Positions 47,638 through 59,974 of a DNA stretch of 64,000 nucleotides are shown piece by piece. The notes beneath the pieces were generated by a model that was not told the origin of the DNA, searched no databases, and saw only the letters and a program-made list of their open reading frames with translations. This DNA is from Camelus dromedarius (taxonomy: Eukaryota). The first letter of the stretch is position 1; every line of letters begins with the position of its first letter. The stretch lies in assembly GCF_036321535.1 (NCBI RefSeq), contig NC_087437.1:58840001-58904000 (forward strand), in the 5' to 3' direction. Position numbers and translations under genes: made by a program.

Positions 47638-48477
47638 AGAATGATCTGGTTTATGTTTCTTGGTTGGCTGCTATTTAAAAAAAAAATTCTATTGAGGAAT
47701 AACATACATCAAAAACTGCCCAAATCTTAAGTTTGCAACCTGTTGAATGTTTGCAAATTTTAACCAGCTCCTAGGACAAGTGGCAGCCCTGACATTTTTG
47801 AGGTCAGAGGCTGAGTTTTGATCATCTTTATAACCTCAGCACCGAGCACAGTGGCTGTCAGGCAGCATGCACCTAACGAACAGTTGTTGACTTGACCAGA
47901 GAATGTTCTCTCCCTGTCTCTTCTTCTCTGTTTTCTCACTTACCTTTTCTACCAATTCCCACTTTACCTGAGTTGCTCAATGGAAAATTCGGGATTTCTT
48001 GCCCAGGCATTGGGAGCCTGAATTCTGAGTGATGGGGATGGTGAAGAAATGTTCGTGGTTGGGAGTAAAAGGATGGGTACCAAATCTGAATATGCAACTC
48101 GGTAAGATCCAAAGCCTGGGCATAAAAGAAAACAAGTCTTTTCTCTTTATAGACTTTACATATAACTGCAGCTGCAAAACTTACCATCAGTTAAGAACAA
48201 ATGAAGAAGTCACTGGAGAAGAGCACATATCAGGCTTTTTGCATTCGATCTAGAAGAAGGACGCATGCATTCGTCTCCTCCCCCTACAGCTCAGATGCCA
48301 GGCATCTGCATCGCCTTAAGTCAACGGCTGGTACCATACCCAGCGAGGGGAGAGTCTATTCTTCCTACACCCATGAAAACAATCGTAGGATGTGTAACAC
48401 AGAGCAAGTGCTTCCTAAATATTAATGTCCCTGTCCACACACTTCTCTGTGACGCCCACAACAGGCAATGGGGAACC

Positions 48478-48690
48478 CACCATTTACTTAGCACTTAACT
48501 GCGTGCAGGCACTGTGCTAAGCGATCACATATATATGTGTATATATAAACACATATATATCACCACATTCACCCTTCACTGGTATTCTCTCAGATGGGTG
48601 ATACTATCTCCATTTTACAGCTTAGAAAACTGAGCAACTGAAGCTGGGTTTGAACCCATACCTTTGATTCCAAAGCCTGTGATGCTCACC
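48478..48690 (-). mobile_element. MIR SINE
   Basis: CATTTACTTAGCACTTAACTGCGTGCAGGCACTGTGCTAAG...CTCCATTTTACAGCTTAGAAAACTGAG...GGGTTTGAACCCA. Confidence 0.88.
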
Positions 48691-48952
48691 GATACGCTTA
48701 GTGCCAGGGCGAGCTCTGCTTCCCCTGCATCCTGGCTACCGATGAGGACATCGACAGTGCCGAGGCCGAGAAGCCCTGATCTAGAAGACGCCCCCAAGCC
48801 AACCTACGAAGATGGGAGTCCCAGATGGACTAGATTCATCTCCAGCAGTGGGAGAGGAGACCCATCAGACGGCTTGCGGCACAGTCCCTGTCTCACCGCT
48901 GGGAGCCCAGGTTCAGTGATTCTTATGGCACAGGGTTGCAGCCGGAATCCTT

Positions 48953-49383
48953 TTATTTTTTAATTGAGGTATAGTTGATGTACAATATTATATAAATGAC
49001 AGGTGTTCCGCACAGTGATTCACAGTTTTAAAGGTTATACTCCATTTATCATTATTATAAAATATTGGCTATATTCCCCGTGTTGTACCATACATCTTTG
49101 TGGCTTATCTTACACGTAATAGTTTATACCTCTTATTCCCCTGTACCCATCTTGCCCTCCCTGCTTCCCTCTCCCCACTGGTAACCACTAGTTTGTTCTT
49201 CGTTTCTGTGAGTCTGCTTCTTTTTTATTATATTCACTAGTTTGTTGTATTTCTTACATTTTGCATAGAACTGATATCATACAGTATTTGTCTTTCTCTT
49301 TCTGACCTGTTTCATTTAGCATATTATGGCTGCGTATGGCAAAATTTCATTCAAAAATGAAATTATTCAAAAATGAATTTATG
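48953..49383 (-). mobile_element. 5'-truncated L1 3' end (intermediate age)
   Basis: TTTTAATTGAGGTATAGTTGATGTACAATATTATAT...CCCCACTGGTAACCACTAGTTTGTTCT; degenerate TSD GCAGCCGGAATCCTT (48938-48952) / GCAGCCTGACTTCTT (49384-49398), 12 of 15 identical. Confidence 0.88.
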
Positions 49384-51269
49384 GCAGCCTGACTTCTTAT
49401 GATGAATTTTCTCCTGGGGAGTTAGAGTTCCTCAGCTATGTTCACCCAAGGCCTTATTTTGAAAGAGGTATTTTTGGGGGATTGGGGGGTGGCTGGTTCA
49501 CAATGCACAAGGATTGACATACAGAGAACAGCCATTCCTTCCATAGGCAGCCAAGGGAGACAGGTCTTTCTGAAATGGAGGCGACCCGCTCCCAAAAGGA
49601 TGGTGCCTGAGACCAGCTGGGATTTCCTCAGCAAAAAGCTCGACAGACGAGAAAGCTATCCTCTCCCGGGCCTGAGTGCTCCTTGCAGAAGGGCATGTCT
49701 TCCTGGAACCTGCCCAACACCCCCTGGAGAGCCCTAGGAAGCGCCATTCTGGCCCTTGGACCAATGACCAAGCCAGGGAGCCCGGCTAATGCTCACCAGC
49801 ATGCAGACCCACTCCCTGGCTTAAGGACAGACACAAAGCCACCGTGTTCCCCAGCCCAGACCTCTAATGAGCCCCCCCCTGCTCCCCAACGCTCAGACAT
49901 CCCCTGTTTACATTCTACTCTCCAGCCAGACCTAATCCCTGGGCTCCGGATCTGCACTTAATCCTGTTTCTGTATATCCTCTAGATCAATACATGTTAAT
50001 AATAGTCATCACTGTGGGTAAGAACCGTGTTTGAGAAATTCTGAGCCCTTCAGGTTTGGTGCCAACAGGAGAAAATATGGAAAAGGAAACCCAAACATTT
50101 ACAAACATTCCAGAATGTTTAGTTCATGCTGCCCTATGTAAATAAGAGAAAGCCCAGGAGATACTCTTTTTCCTGGGACTCACTTATTTTGTCCCAAATA
50201 AAGATAGGCTTAAAAAAATTTTTTTAAGTCACCAGTCCCTGTTTCCTTCTCGATCCTTGGGGCCATTAAGATCTTTTTCATGCAGTTTGCTTCAGCACTA
50301 TTGTATTTCTTCTGTGCTTTGAAACCAAGCCCCTCTCTTTGATGGATATTAGCAAAACGTGCTTTCGTGTCTCCCTCATGAACTTTCACTTGGAAAATAC
50401 CCCAAACAAGGAAGATGCTAGAAGGGTAACGAGATTTTGTTCAAAGCAAAGAGAACTTCTCTTCTGGTGCCTCCCCCCTTGGGTCTCCCCCAGAGGAATT
50501 GAGAGCCACGAATCACAGATGGGATCATTTACAGCTTTACTTTCAAGCTCCCCAGCCCTTTCAGATTGTGTTGACTCAGTCAGAGGCTTCAGACCAGCCA
50601 GAGTGGGCCTCCTGACAGCCCCATCTTGCTGGCTCTCAGATCCTCTGATTGGGATTAAATCCGCGCTGATCTGTTGGAAAGTGACTGATGGAGAGGCTTC
50701 TTTGTGATGCTTGAGGTAAACTTGAGAGGACGGAAGAGTTCAGACATGGACTAGAGGCAATTTGCTTTAGGGGACACATCCGCCCTGGCCAAGAGGAGCC
50801 CAGGACAGCAGCCCTGCAGCAATTACCGGCTAAACAAAAGAAAAATCCACCCAAAATGGACAACAGCTTGGCGCCACAGTGAAAGCCTCCGTCAGTGGGG
50901 GTGTGATTATTATTTTTTTAAACAATTGAAAATATTCTGTGGGGAACAGTTTCATAAAGTCCAATTGATATTAATTTTCAAAGTACAAGTATAGAAGAAA
51001 TAAGTAAGCAATGCAACTCAAAGCCATTAGATGTGGAGGGTGATTTTCTGATGTTTTCCCTCAAGGAGTGTTTCCTGAGGGAGGGATTAGCTATAGCATT
51101 AGTATTATTAGTATATAGTACCTAGTATGTTTTTATGAACAGAATTGTGTAAAGCTGGACAGCTTAGCAGAGACCACATACAACAGTCCAGGGCATCGAC
51201 CCCTCAGTGCGGCCAGTAGAGAAAGGAGGGCACTGTATCTCTGAAAACTTGCCTTCTTCTCCTTGTTCA

Positions 51270-51400
51270 GTTACTTGCTAGTTGTGAAGACTTTGCTTTT
51301 TGACTCTGTTTCCTCATCTGTGAAATGGGGACACCCAGGTTCTGTCCTTTCCAAGTTCGTTCTGGGCATCAAACAAATCCATGGTGGTGACAGCAGCATG
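51270..51400 (+). mobile_element. MIR core fragment
   Basis: GACTCTGTTTCCTCATCTGTGAAATGGGGAC. Confidence 0.7.
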
Positions 51401-51519
51401 AGATTCCCTAACACGTGCCTGGTTATCACCACCCACCTTTGGTGTGAAGGCTCTAGAAGCAGAGATTTGTTCCTTGGACAGTGTTATCCAGAGAGCATCA
51501 TTTGTAAGTTCCCAGCTCT

Positions 51520-51900
51520 GGGATTCAGGATTTCTCTCCCCTGTGCTTTTGCTCGTCTTGTTGGCTCAGCCTGGAACGTCCACCTCCCATTTCCCTTCTC
51601 TGTGCTTCCCAAATCCCCTCCTCTCTTAAGGCTCAATTCAAATGTTAACTCCTCCATACGTGTTAACTTCTCTGATTCTCCGGCACCCAGAAAAAAAAAA
51701 TGACCACGCCCCTCTGAGTTCCCGCACTTCATCTCATGCCTTGCAGCTGTCTTTGTCTTCAGTCATTTCCGCTCGTCATCTGACCTCTTTCACCGTTTTG
51801 CTCCAGCGTGGAGGCTGTTTATCAGTTGTATTTCAGTACACAGACAAGCCTGGCACTTTGGACCCAGTGGGCACTCATTATCTGTTTAAGAAATGAGAAC
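51520..51900 (+). mobile_element. L2 LINE fragment
   Basis: CTTTTGCTCGTCTTGTTGGCTCAGCCTGGAACG...TTAAGGCTCAATTCAAATGTTAACTCCTCC...GCCTGGCAC. Confidence 0.7.
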
Positions 51901-53127
51901 TGCTGTAGTCACATTCTATATCCAAATTTTACTTAGAAGTAGCTACAGCTAGTTGTGCTTTGTGCTGGAACCTTATTCACTGAAACTCATGCAGATCAGA
52001 CCCGTGTCCTCATTTAGCGTTACTACGGAACTGTGGAGAGTAGGGACACGTTCCAATATGCATGTATGTTAGTTAACTGATACCGTACAAGGCTGGGATT
52101 TCCTGTGTACCCAAACAGTAAATATATAACATAAATGTGATCCATCTAATCATGTGAAAAAGAATTCCAGCAAGTCGTGTGCACCGAGGGCAGCCAGCCA
52201 CATATATTAAACACAGAACTCATATAGCATCTCGTAAATCAGAGCCCTGGCAGAAAACAGCAGTGTGCGTCCAGTCTCAGAGTGGGAGGGGCTTTAGTGA
52301 TGGAATGACCATGCTGTTCCCATTTCAGCACCATTACGGTGGCTTACTGATGGCTGTTCATGGAAGTCATTTCTGGGGATAAGAGGCAATCTGAAACATG
52401 GCACTTAGATGCTGAAACACGGTCATTTCTGGCATATTTCAGTAGCTTCAGGGACAATGAGACAGAATATCATCTGTATGGTCCCGGGAATGCGTTATAA
52501 CCCCTAAAGTTGAATCAACGACCTCCCTGGTGTCCTGCTGCTTCCCACAGGGAACACTGAGACTGGCACAAAGAGATTCACAAAACTATACATTTTAAGC
52601 CACTGGAGAACCATGAGACCGCACAGCAAATCTATTTCAAAAACTAAACATGCTGAGTTTATGTCCTCTACAAATTAAAGGGACACAGGAAAACAGAAAC
52701 AATGGAAGATGACGATAAATACAAGTTGAAGCAACTTTAAAGGGAGCCAGGCTATATGATAAAGTGGAGGCATAACCAGAGGGCAGAGCACGAGACCCAG
52801 AGTGGGGACCTCGAAGCTGTGCTTCCGGGTCAGCTGAGGAGCCCTGGGAGGCTTCAGGGAAGTGGCTTCATTGGTCCAGGATCCCAGCACCCTTCAAAAG
52901 TTAAGTCCACATGAGACAGGATACAATGGAATGAATGTAGGCTGTGGAACCTGCAAACCAGCTCAGGTTCCCAGATGGGGTCCTTGTCAGGTTGGATAAG
53001 CTGTCTGACGCTCATTCTTGTGGCCAAGTGAGAAGAGCCATGGAGGGGAGTCTGGAGCCCCAAGTGACGCTCCCAGAGCATCTCTGCAAGACTGCCATCT
53101 CTCTCCTCATTTCCTAGCTCCTGGTCC

Positions 53128-53569
53128 CTGTGAACTTGACCTTATTTAGAAGTAGGATCTTTGCAGATGTTATCAACTCAAGGCTCTCTTCTTAGATGGA
53201 CAGTCATTAGTCATTGGATTAGGACCCAGCCTCTGCCTGCAATCTTTTACAATCTCATCTTAACTTAAGGTTGACCCTAATCCAAAACCTGTGTCCTTAT
53301 AAGAAGACGAAAATGCCATGTGAAGACAGGGACAATGCCAGATGTGACAGAGACGGGGGTGTTGCAAGGCAAGCCAAGGATTGCCAGCCACCAACGGGAA
53401 CTAGGAGGAGTCAGGGAAGGATACTACCCAGAGTCTCAGAGGGAGCACGGCCCTGCTGACATCCGGATTTCAACCATCTCGCGTCTAGAACTGGGAGAGA
53501 ACCATGTCTGCTGTTTAAGCCATTCAGTCGGTCGTACTTTTTTGATGGTGTCCCCAGGAAACTGATACG
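53128..53569 (+). mobile_element. MaLR LTR (MLT1B/C-like) with an internal inverted duplication
   Basis: TGTGAACTTGACCTTATTTAGAAGTAGGATCTTTGCAGATG...GCCAAGGATTGCCAGCCACC...CAGAGGGAGCACGGCCCTGCTGAC...CTGTTTAAGCCA...GGAAACTGATAC. Confidence 0.88.
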
Positions 53570-54277
53570 GACCTCTGTGCTCCTCTTCTCTGCTCAATTT
53601 ATCCTTGCTAAAGCACTTACCCAAGCTCCGGAATGCAGCTTTTCCTGTAATAAGGTTTATACCCCTATGTCTTATTTCTAAAGAGGTTTGTCATTGTTGT
53701 AGCATCTTCTCCTGGAATCTCCTAAACTGCTTACAACACATCTTTGGGGTTGATGCTTCTGGAACCACTATAAGCAAAAGGTCTGTCTAGTTCTCCTGGG
53801 AAATAAATCTTCTTGGGCCAGCAGATGAGGAAGCAGCATTCTCCAGAAGGGGAGGGCTGCGACAAATTAATGATACACTTTTGAAAAGGCTACGGTGGAT
53901 TTGTCACTGCCTCTCTCACTGTGTCTCTCTTTTAGCCGGACAAAAAGTGGGTCCACAGTGCTTTCTTCCAGCTCCGCTCACCAACACAAACTAAACCTAC
54001 CTTGTCTGGAGCCTGCCCCAAGGGGTGAGCACCTTGAGTCCGTGGAATGAGCCTGGACTAGCAGTCAAGGACTCTGTAATCTGTTTCTGCTCGCACCACT
54101 CACCGGCTCTCCCAGACTTCCTTCATCTTTAAAATGGGTGTCCCACCGCCACCACCCAGGGTGGTCCTGGGCCACTTTGACAAAATTGGGGAATTGCATC
54201 GAAAATCGTGAAGTCCCATGCAAAGAGAAGGTGGTGAAATCATTATCACTCTCGTCCTCCACCAGTTGTCAACGCCT

Positions 54278-55010
54278 GGGGGCGGGGATGGGGGGTGCCG
54301 GGGATCAAAGTGTCCAGCTGGTAAAAGAAGAGTCAGCTGTAGGGCCTGATCCGCTGGAATTAGCTGCCCAGGGGGGAGCAGTGAGATGAGTTCTCCTGGT
54401 GGGTAATAAAATGAGTCTACGAAGGGAGGAAGCAGGATGTATAAAGCCCAGGAGCCTGATCTGTTTCTGAGATCAAACAGAGCAGCATTGTACCAGGGTG
54501 TGGAGCTGATGTCAGCGTCTAGAATGCTGGTCGGAATCGCCCTGGTTACGCAGCTGGACCGGAATAAGGCAAGTCTGTATCTGAACTCATTAATTTTTAC
54601 AACCAACTGAACTGTTCTGCTTTTATTTGGGGGGGGGGGGGGTTGGGGGAGGCGGTGCAGGGGGAGAACAAGGGAAGGAAGGGAAATGGGAGGGGCTAGT
54701 ATGTATGGAACAAGGGGCTTCCCACCAGCAGACACTGTCTCATTATCCCAGCAAAGCCCAGCTTCAGCCCTCCAGCCCCCTGGACCGTTAGGCAGGTCCT
54801 GCCAGTGGTGGGAGAGAAATGGGCCAATGGAACGTAAGGATAATTAGAGTGGCACAAGCCGCTCCTTGGAGTTCAAATTATGTCAATGTTTCCATTATAT
54901 GCCTCGCTTTTCGGGGGTTTATAACGCAGCTATAAAAACTCACGCCAGCTGAGAATTTGGCAGGCCAGGTTGCAGCAAAGGAGGGATTGTTGTTTAATTC
55001 AATTCAGCTG
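54278..55010. promoter_or_regulatory. Candidate enhancer or non-coding promoter with G-quadruplex motifs, CCAAT and TATA
   Basis: G4 motif 54278-54303, GTAATAAAA 54403-54411, G-rich tract 54629-54696, CCAAT 54824-54828, TATAAAA 54931-54937, retained CpGs, no recognisable repeat. Confidence 0.4.
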
Positions 55011-55599
55011 CTTGTAACTCGGGATGGGAGCGCACACTGTACACTGGATAACTCAAAGGTGCTGGTTTCAAGTGCTACTCGAGTACTATTTTGCTGCCTG
55101 ATTACTCCTCCTCATCTTCATCCTGCTCCTCTCATTCCCTTGCGCTATCGCAAAAGGAACAGTATTATATAAATGCACCCCCAAAAGCTTCCCAAGCCAA
55201 GAATCTACCTGCATCTCTCCAAGTGACAGCTCATCCAGCTTTTTTCCATTCCTGAGAACCCATTCCTGGGTCAACCCTTTCCAGCAAATGTGCAAACCAT
55301 TTCACTAAAACCTCTGCACAGGAGATGGTCGACCCTTTTCTCTACCAAACAAGAGAGACGTTTGGTACGAGAGCTATTCCAGGTGAATCCCGATATTCGG
55401 GGTGGTCCTTTCCATTGCTGTAACCGGACCTGACCTGGTTGATAAATATTACCTGCCTCTCATAGGTAGGCTTGTTGCCCTCTCAGGCACAGAGTAAAGA
55501 GAGCTTTCACCACATTTTTGCCCAGAGCCTCCAATTCAAAGTACTCAAGTCCTGCTGGACCCTTAGCATTCTAGTGCAGAGGCTCCCCACCCCGACACC

Positions 55600-55865
55600 T
55601 ATCCAACCACCACCACCAGGAAATCTTTGATTCTCCTGCCGGAAGTCCTCTTTCTCACCTTTGGTTCCCTGTTTGCTCTTTTCCTATAATATCATTTGAT
55701 CGCTGTGTTATATTTCAGTGATTTGTGCACATTTTTCTCTTTTGCTGTTTGATGGGTCTCTTCTCCCAGAGTCCTGAGCATATTCACCTCTACCTGCTCC
55801 AAGGTGCCAAACTTAGGTGGACTCTGCTCAGTAAATCTAGGTGGAATTATTGCTTAAACAATTAA
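55600..55865 (+). mobile_element. Decayed L2 3' end
   Basis: CATATTCACCTCTACCTGCTCCAAGGTGCC...TGCTCAGTAAAT resembles the L2 terminus. Confidence 0.5.
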
Positions 55866-57152
55866 TAAAGACAGTTGGAAGCCAGGTGGCTGACAGCAGA
55901 GGTACAGGGAAAGCTCAGAATAGATAGGGACTTAACATCCCTTCTTCTTTAATAGATGGGAAGACAGCACATCAAATCAATTCCTTACATTGTTACTCAT
56001 AGTAACACTAAGAAAATGATAAGATATGGGGTCAAAAGCTCCAACCAGAAAACAGTAATAAGATGCAAGCAATAGCATATATGTACCTATACACATAACC
56101 GTGTTTACATATAACAGCAATAAAAAGAACAAAACCATATGTGTACATGTTCACATGACTATATTAACAAATACTTCCATGAACAATAAGTATATTTTAG
56201 CAATAGGCACTGGTTTTACTCTCCGCTGTAACTCAGTTCCCAGCCCCTAATGCTATGAAAGTGCTTTTATACACTGTGTATAAGTAACTGTATAAACGGA
56301 TGGCATTGATATCATGGTAGCACGTATAACATTCAATAAAAATTTGCCAAGTGAATGAATGAACTACTTTAAGGTAATTTAGCTGAGCTGAATAATAACA
56401 TTTCTCCATATACTAAAGGGAATATTGTTCACGATGGTAGTTAATTTAGGTTCCTCCATAAATATCCAGCTGTGATCAAAGAGCTAGTCAGAAGGGGGAT
56501 TTCAGTCTTCCCTAGGGGTTCAGAGGGATGTGAGCCCATTGTCCTAACCAGGCGATGGGGGAATAGACATATGTGTTAGTGTGCTTGAGGGACTGGTCTC
56601 CTCAATAAATTTGCAATAAGCTTGACAGCTTGAGGTAGCAGAGCTGGGAGGGCCCAAGTATGATGAATGGGTGTGTGGGCTAAGGAAATATATCAAAGTC
56701 AGAGACTTGGATTGGTTTACACAGTAGTCTCAGTCCAATTGCGTTTTCTGGAAGATTTCTAGTATTGCTCTATAATTTTTGTTTGACTAGGACTTCAAGG
56801 TCTTCCAAAATTTAGGAGTGTAACTGAAGCCCTTGTCTAAAAGTTAGGACACAAAGCTAATTTGAACTGCTTCTTTCCATAAAGAACATTTAGTACTATG
56901 TCTTTTAAGTTTTTTAAGTTTCTTCCATGCATAAAGAACAAAATCTGAACAAATGCATGGTTGTCCATCACAAAAAAAGATCAATCAAAGTCCAAAGATT
57001 TTATATATTACATATATATGTAAGTACGGGAGGAATTAATGACTTAAACATTTAGTAAATGACAATCAGAAGTCAGATAGCTGACAGCAGAGGCACAAGC
57101 TCAGAACAGTAGGGAGTTATCAATTTCTTATTCCTCAATAGAAGGGAAAACA
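55843..57152 (+). repeat. Diverged ~120 bp direct repeat pair (55843-55966 and 57032-57152)
   Basis: Shared colinear blocks GGAATTA, CTTAAACA, GCTGACAGCAGAGG, AGCTCAGAA, TAGGGA, AATAGA, GGGAA. Confidence 0.85.
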
Positions 57153-57154
57153 AA

Positions 57155-57156
<2 letters not shown>

Positions 57157-57205
<49 letters not shown>
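57157..57205. repeat. Perfect (TG)24 microsatellite
   Basis: Counted directly. Confidence 0.97.
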
Positions 57206-57207
<2 letters not shown>

Positions 57208-57249
57208 CTCAATAGGAAGAGATAATCAGAATGTCTGAGCTATAGGTCA

Positions 57250-57400
57250 GTGGGAAAATGCCAAGGACTTTCAATAAGGAATCTTGAGTTGGAATCTAAG
57301 TTCTATTACTACATATTATGCCACCTTCCTTTTTCTGAACCTCAGTGTCTTCATCTATAAAATGGGATCACTATTACCAATGCCACCCACATCGCAAAAC
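57250..57400 (+). mobile_element. MIR fragment
   Basis: TTCTGAACCTCAGTGTCTTCATCTATAAAATGGGATCACT. Confidence 0.75.
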
Positions 57401-57410
57401 TAGAACAGGT

Positions 57411-57960
57411 TGTATCAGTTAGGAGTGTGTTTGGCTACAAGTAGCAAAAGAGTGGATTATGGTGGCTTCACCAGATGAGAGTGTATTCTTCTCACATAAG
57501 AGCCAGCTGAGGTAGGCAGTCCAGGGCATGTAGCTCAGTGATGCCTTTGGGGATCCAGGTTCTTTCTGTATCTCTGCCCTAACGTCCCTGCCAAACTGCT
57601 TTTCTTCCTCGTGCTTGTGATCTCTTGGTCCCAAGATGGCTGGTGTAGCTGCAGCAGTATGTACACATTCAGGAAGAAGGTACAAGGGGCAGAAGCCCTC
57701 GTCCTTGTGAGTCGTTGCCGGTAGATTGAGCCTCACATCTTTTTAGATACTATATGGGACTTGCCCACATGCAGATCAATCAATGGTCCAGGGAACGGAG
57801 CTTACCATGATTAATTTAGACCTGTCACCATCATCTTCTGGCACTGAGAAACCTAACACTGAAATCAAAGAATCTTTCTGTGCTACCAGAACAACTCAGT
57901 TCCCTGTCAGGAGGGACTAGAGGATGGCTATTGAGTAAGCAAATAACAGGGTCTGTGCCA
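57411..57960 (-). mobile_element. Old MaLR LTR (MLT1J/K-like)
   Basis: TGTATCAGTTAGGAGTGTGTTTGGCTACAAGTAGCA...GGATCCAGGTTCTTTCTG...CAAGATGGCTG...GGATGGCTATTGAGTAAGCAAATAACAGGGTCTGTGCCA. Confidence 0.8.
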
Positions 57961-57978
57961 GGGCAAAACAGGATAAAG

Positions 57979-58149
57979 CTGAGGTCCTCAAAGTGCGGTC
58001 AGCAGCAGCAGCAACATCTGGGAAGGTGTTAGAAATGCAATTTCTCAGGCCCCATGCCAGACTGCTGATTCAGAAACACTGGGGTTGGGCCCAGCCATCC
58101 GATTTAACACGCCCTCCAGGTGATGGCTGCTCAGGTTTGAGAACCACTG
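57979..58149. mobile_element. MER5A hAT MITE
   Basis: CTCAAAGTGCGGTC...TGTTAGAAATGCAATTTCTCAGGCCCCA...CCCTCCAGGTGAT...GTTTGAGAACCACTG; TSD-like GGATAAAG / AAATAAAG. Confidence 0.9.
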
Positions 58150-58279
58150 AAATAAAGTTGAGAAAAAACTTAGTAACCAAGTTTGAGGACTCAGTGATGT
58201 ACTGAAATGCGTTCTTCACCAAAGCCTTCCTCTGGGAAGGGGACGGGAGAAGGAGGAAAGGAAGGGAGGGGAAGAGCAG

Positions 58280-58490
58280 ATGCTAACCTTTATTCAGTAT
58301 TTAGTAAAGGTGCTCAAATGTCTTGAGCCGTCACCTACCTCTTAACTTAATCTGTACAACCTCCATTTCACAGATGAGAAAACTGTCAGAAAGGTTAAGT
58401 AGGTTGCCCATAGTCATTCATCTGGTGAATGACACAGCTCAAATTCAGTGTGGTCTGATTCCCAGCCAGTGCAACTTCCAACCATTACCC
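58280..58490 (-). mobile_element. MIR SINE
   Basis: CCATTTCACAGATGAGAAAACTGTCAGAAAGGTTAAGTAGGTTGCCCATAGTCA. Confidence 0.8.
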
Positions 58491-59974
58491 TGAAAAGGGA
58501 GAAATCCTGGTAAACTTAGAGTGACCCAATCTATAAAAATGTGCTTTAAAAGTAAACCTACATTCCTTTACTGAGCATTCAGAGCCCTCTGTGATTTTAC
58601 GCTGATCATCTTCCATCCTTACCTTCACTTCAGCCCCTGCCTCCCAACTCCCATACGCACGTCCTGCGTCAGAGCCACACCTGACTCCTCTCGTCTCTTG
58701 GGCATGCCCTGTAGCCTCAAAGCCTCGACTAAACTCCTACTCCCTGAAATGCCTTCCCTTCCCTTTTCTGCCTGTTGAACTTTAGTCTTCTGTAAATAAT
58801 TAAACATCTAAAATTGACCCTCTCAGAGTGTTCATGGTATAGGGCATGAAACCAACTTGGCATTCAATAATTATCCATGTCAAAAATGAATGCAGGACTG
58901 CCTAGTTTTAATACTTCCTCTAGCAAGAGGCACCTCTAAATTTTCCTTTTTAACCCAACAGCATTTTGCTTGCATTTCTGACTTCTCAATCTGATCTGGG
59001 CTGAGATGATATATCTGCCTCTGTCTCCCAACAAATGTGTGAACTCCCAAAGCCAAGGCCAGGTCATTCTCATCACTTCACCCACCACAGCCTTGGGTCT
59101 GGCACTGAGCAAGGGCTCAAAAACGACCTACACAGAATTGAACTACATAATATGAAAGTACACCTGCATTTCAAAGAATGGGATTTTTCAATTAGAGGAT
59201 GAATCCTACCATTTTTAATGAACAGAAGCCTATTTCATACTAATGCTGTTGACGTAGGCGCAAACCTTTCCTTTGGATCATTCTAGTAGGTTTTACTTTG
59301 CCCAGTGCTTAGCTAATCCAATTCTGAGAATACAGCATCACTGCTGGATGTTGAAATGGAGCCATTTGGGGAAGCTGAGCAGAAGACCTCCCAGTAGGAG
59401 TTACGCCCCTGCTGGACTGCCGATAATAAACGATCCTGGACAACTCACAGTGCGATCTCCTCGCACACTCTGTACTCTGACCATGCTCTCCATGCCTGAA
59501 TTTATTGGGTGATTTCCAACAAGGTTTGGAAATTAAACATATTTTGAAGCCTCCAAAAACTACCAAGGAACAACTTTAAAAGTGATACAGCTGTAGATAG
59601 TTACATTGCTTTTTAAAAATCTTTAAAAGAACACCTTTTTACAATAAATTTTGAGTGTTGGGGGGATGGATAGTGAAAATTAGCAGGAGGGATCAGAGAG
59701 AAAATGTGGAAATGGTTAATAAAATCTGGCCCTTTCCAGGCAGATAATTCCACAGGTTACAAGTGTAAATATCAAAGAAGGCAGTAATAATATATTTAAT
59801 TACACTGTCCCTCCCTTTTGTCTCCTTAGGTATTCTTCAGCATTTTCTGGACATGCATTCCAAGTAACTAACCAACAAAGACCTATGGAATATCTTCTAT
59901 ACCATGAGCCCAGCCTATGACAGGTGAAAGGAAAAAGAACACCATTTTGTACAGTTTTTTAGCTTTTAAGAACT

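Noticed and set aside
48664..48963. 99-aa ORF in CpG-containing sequence
   Set aside because: It starts in a MIR with a non-ATG codon, ends in an L1 tail and has no recognisable similarity
54100..54735. Longest ORF in the window (211 aa, minus strand)
   Set aside because: Non-ATG start, proline runs that derive from G tracts, and no recognisable domain; the region is better explained as regulatory DNA
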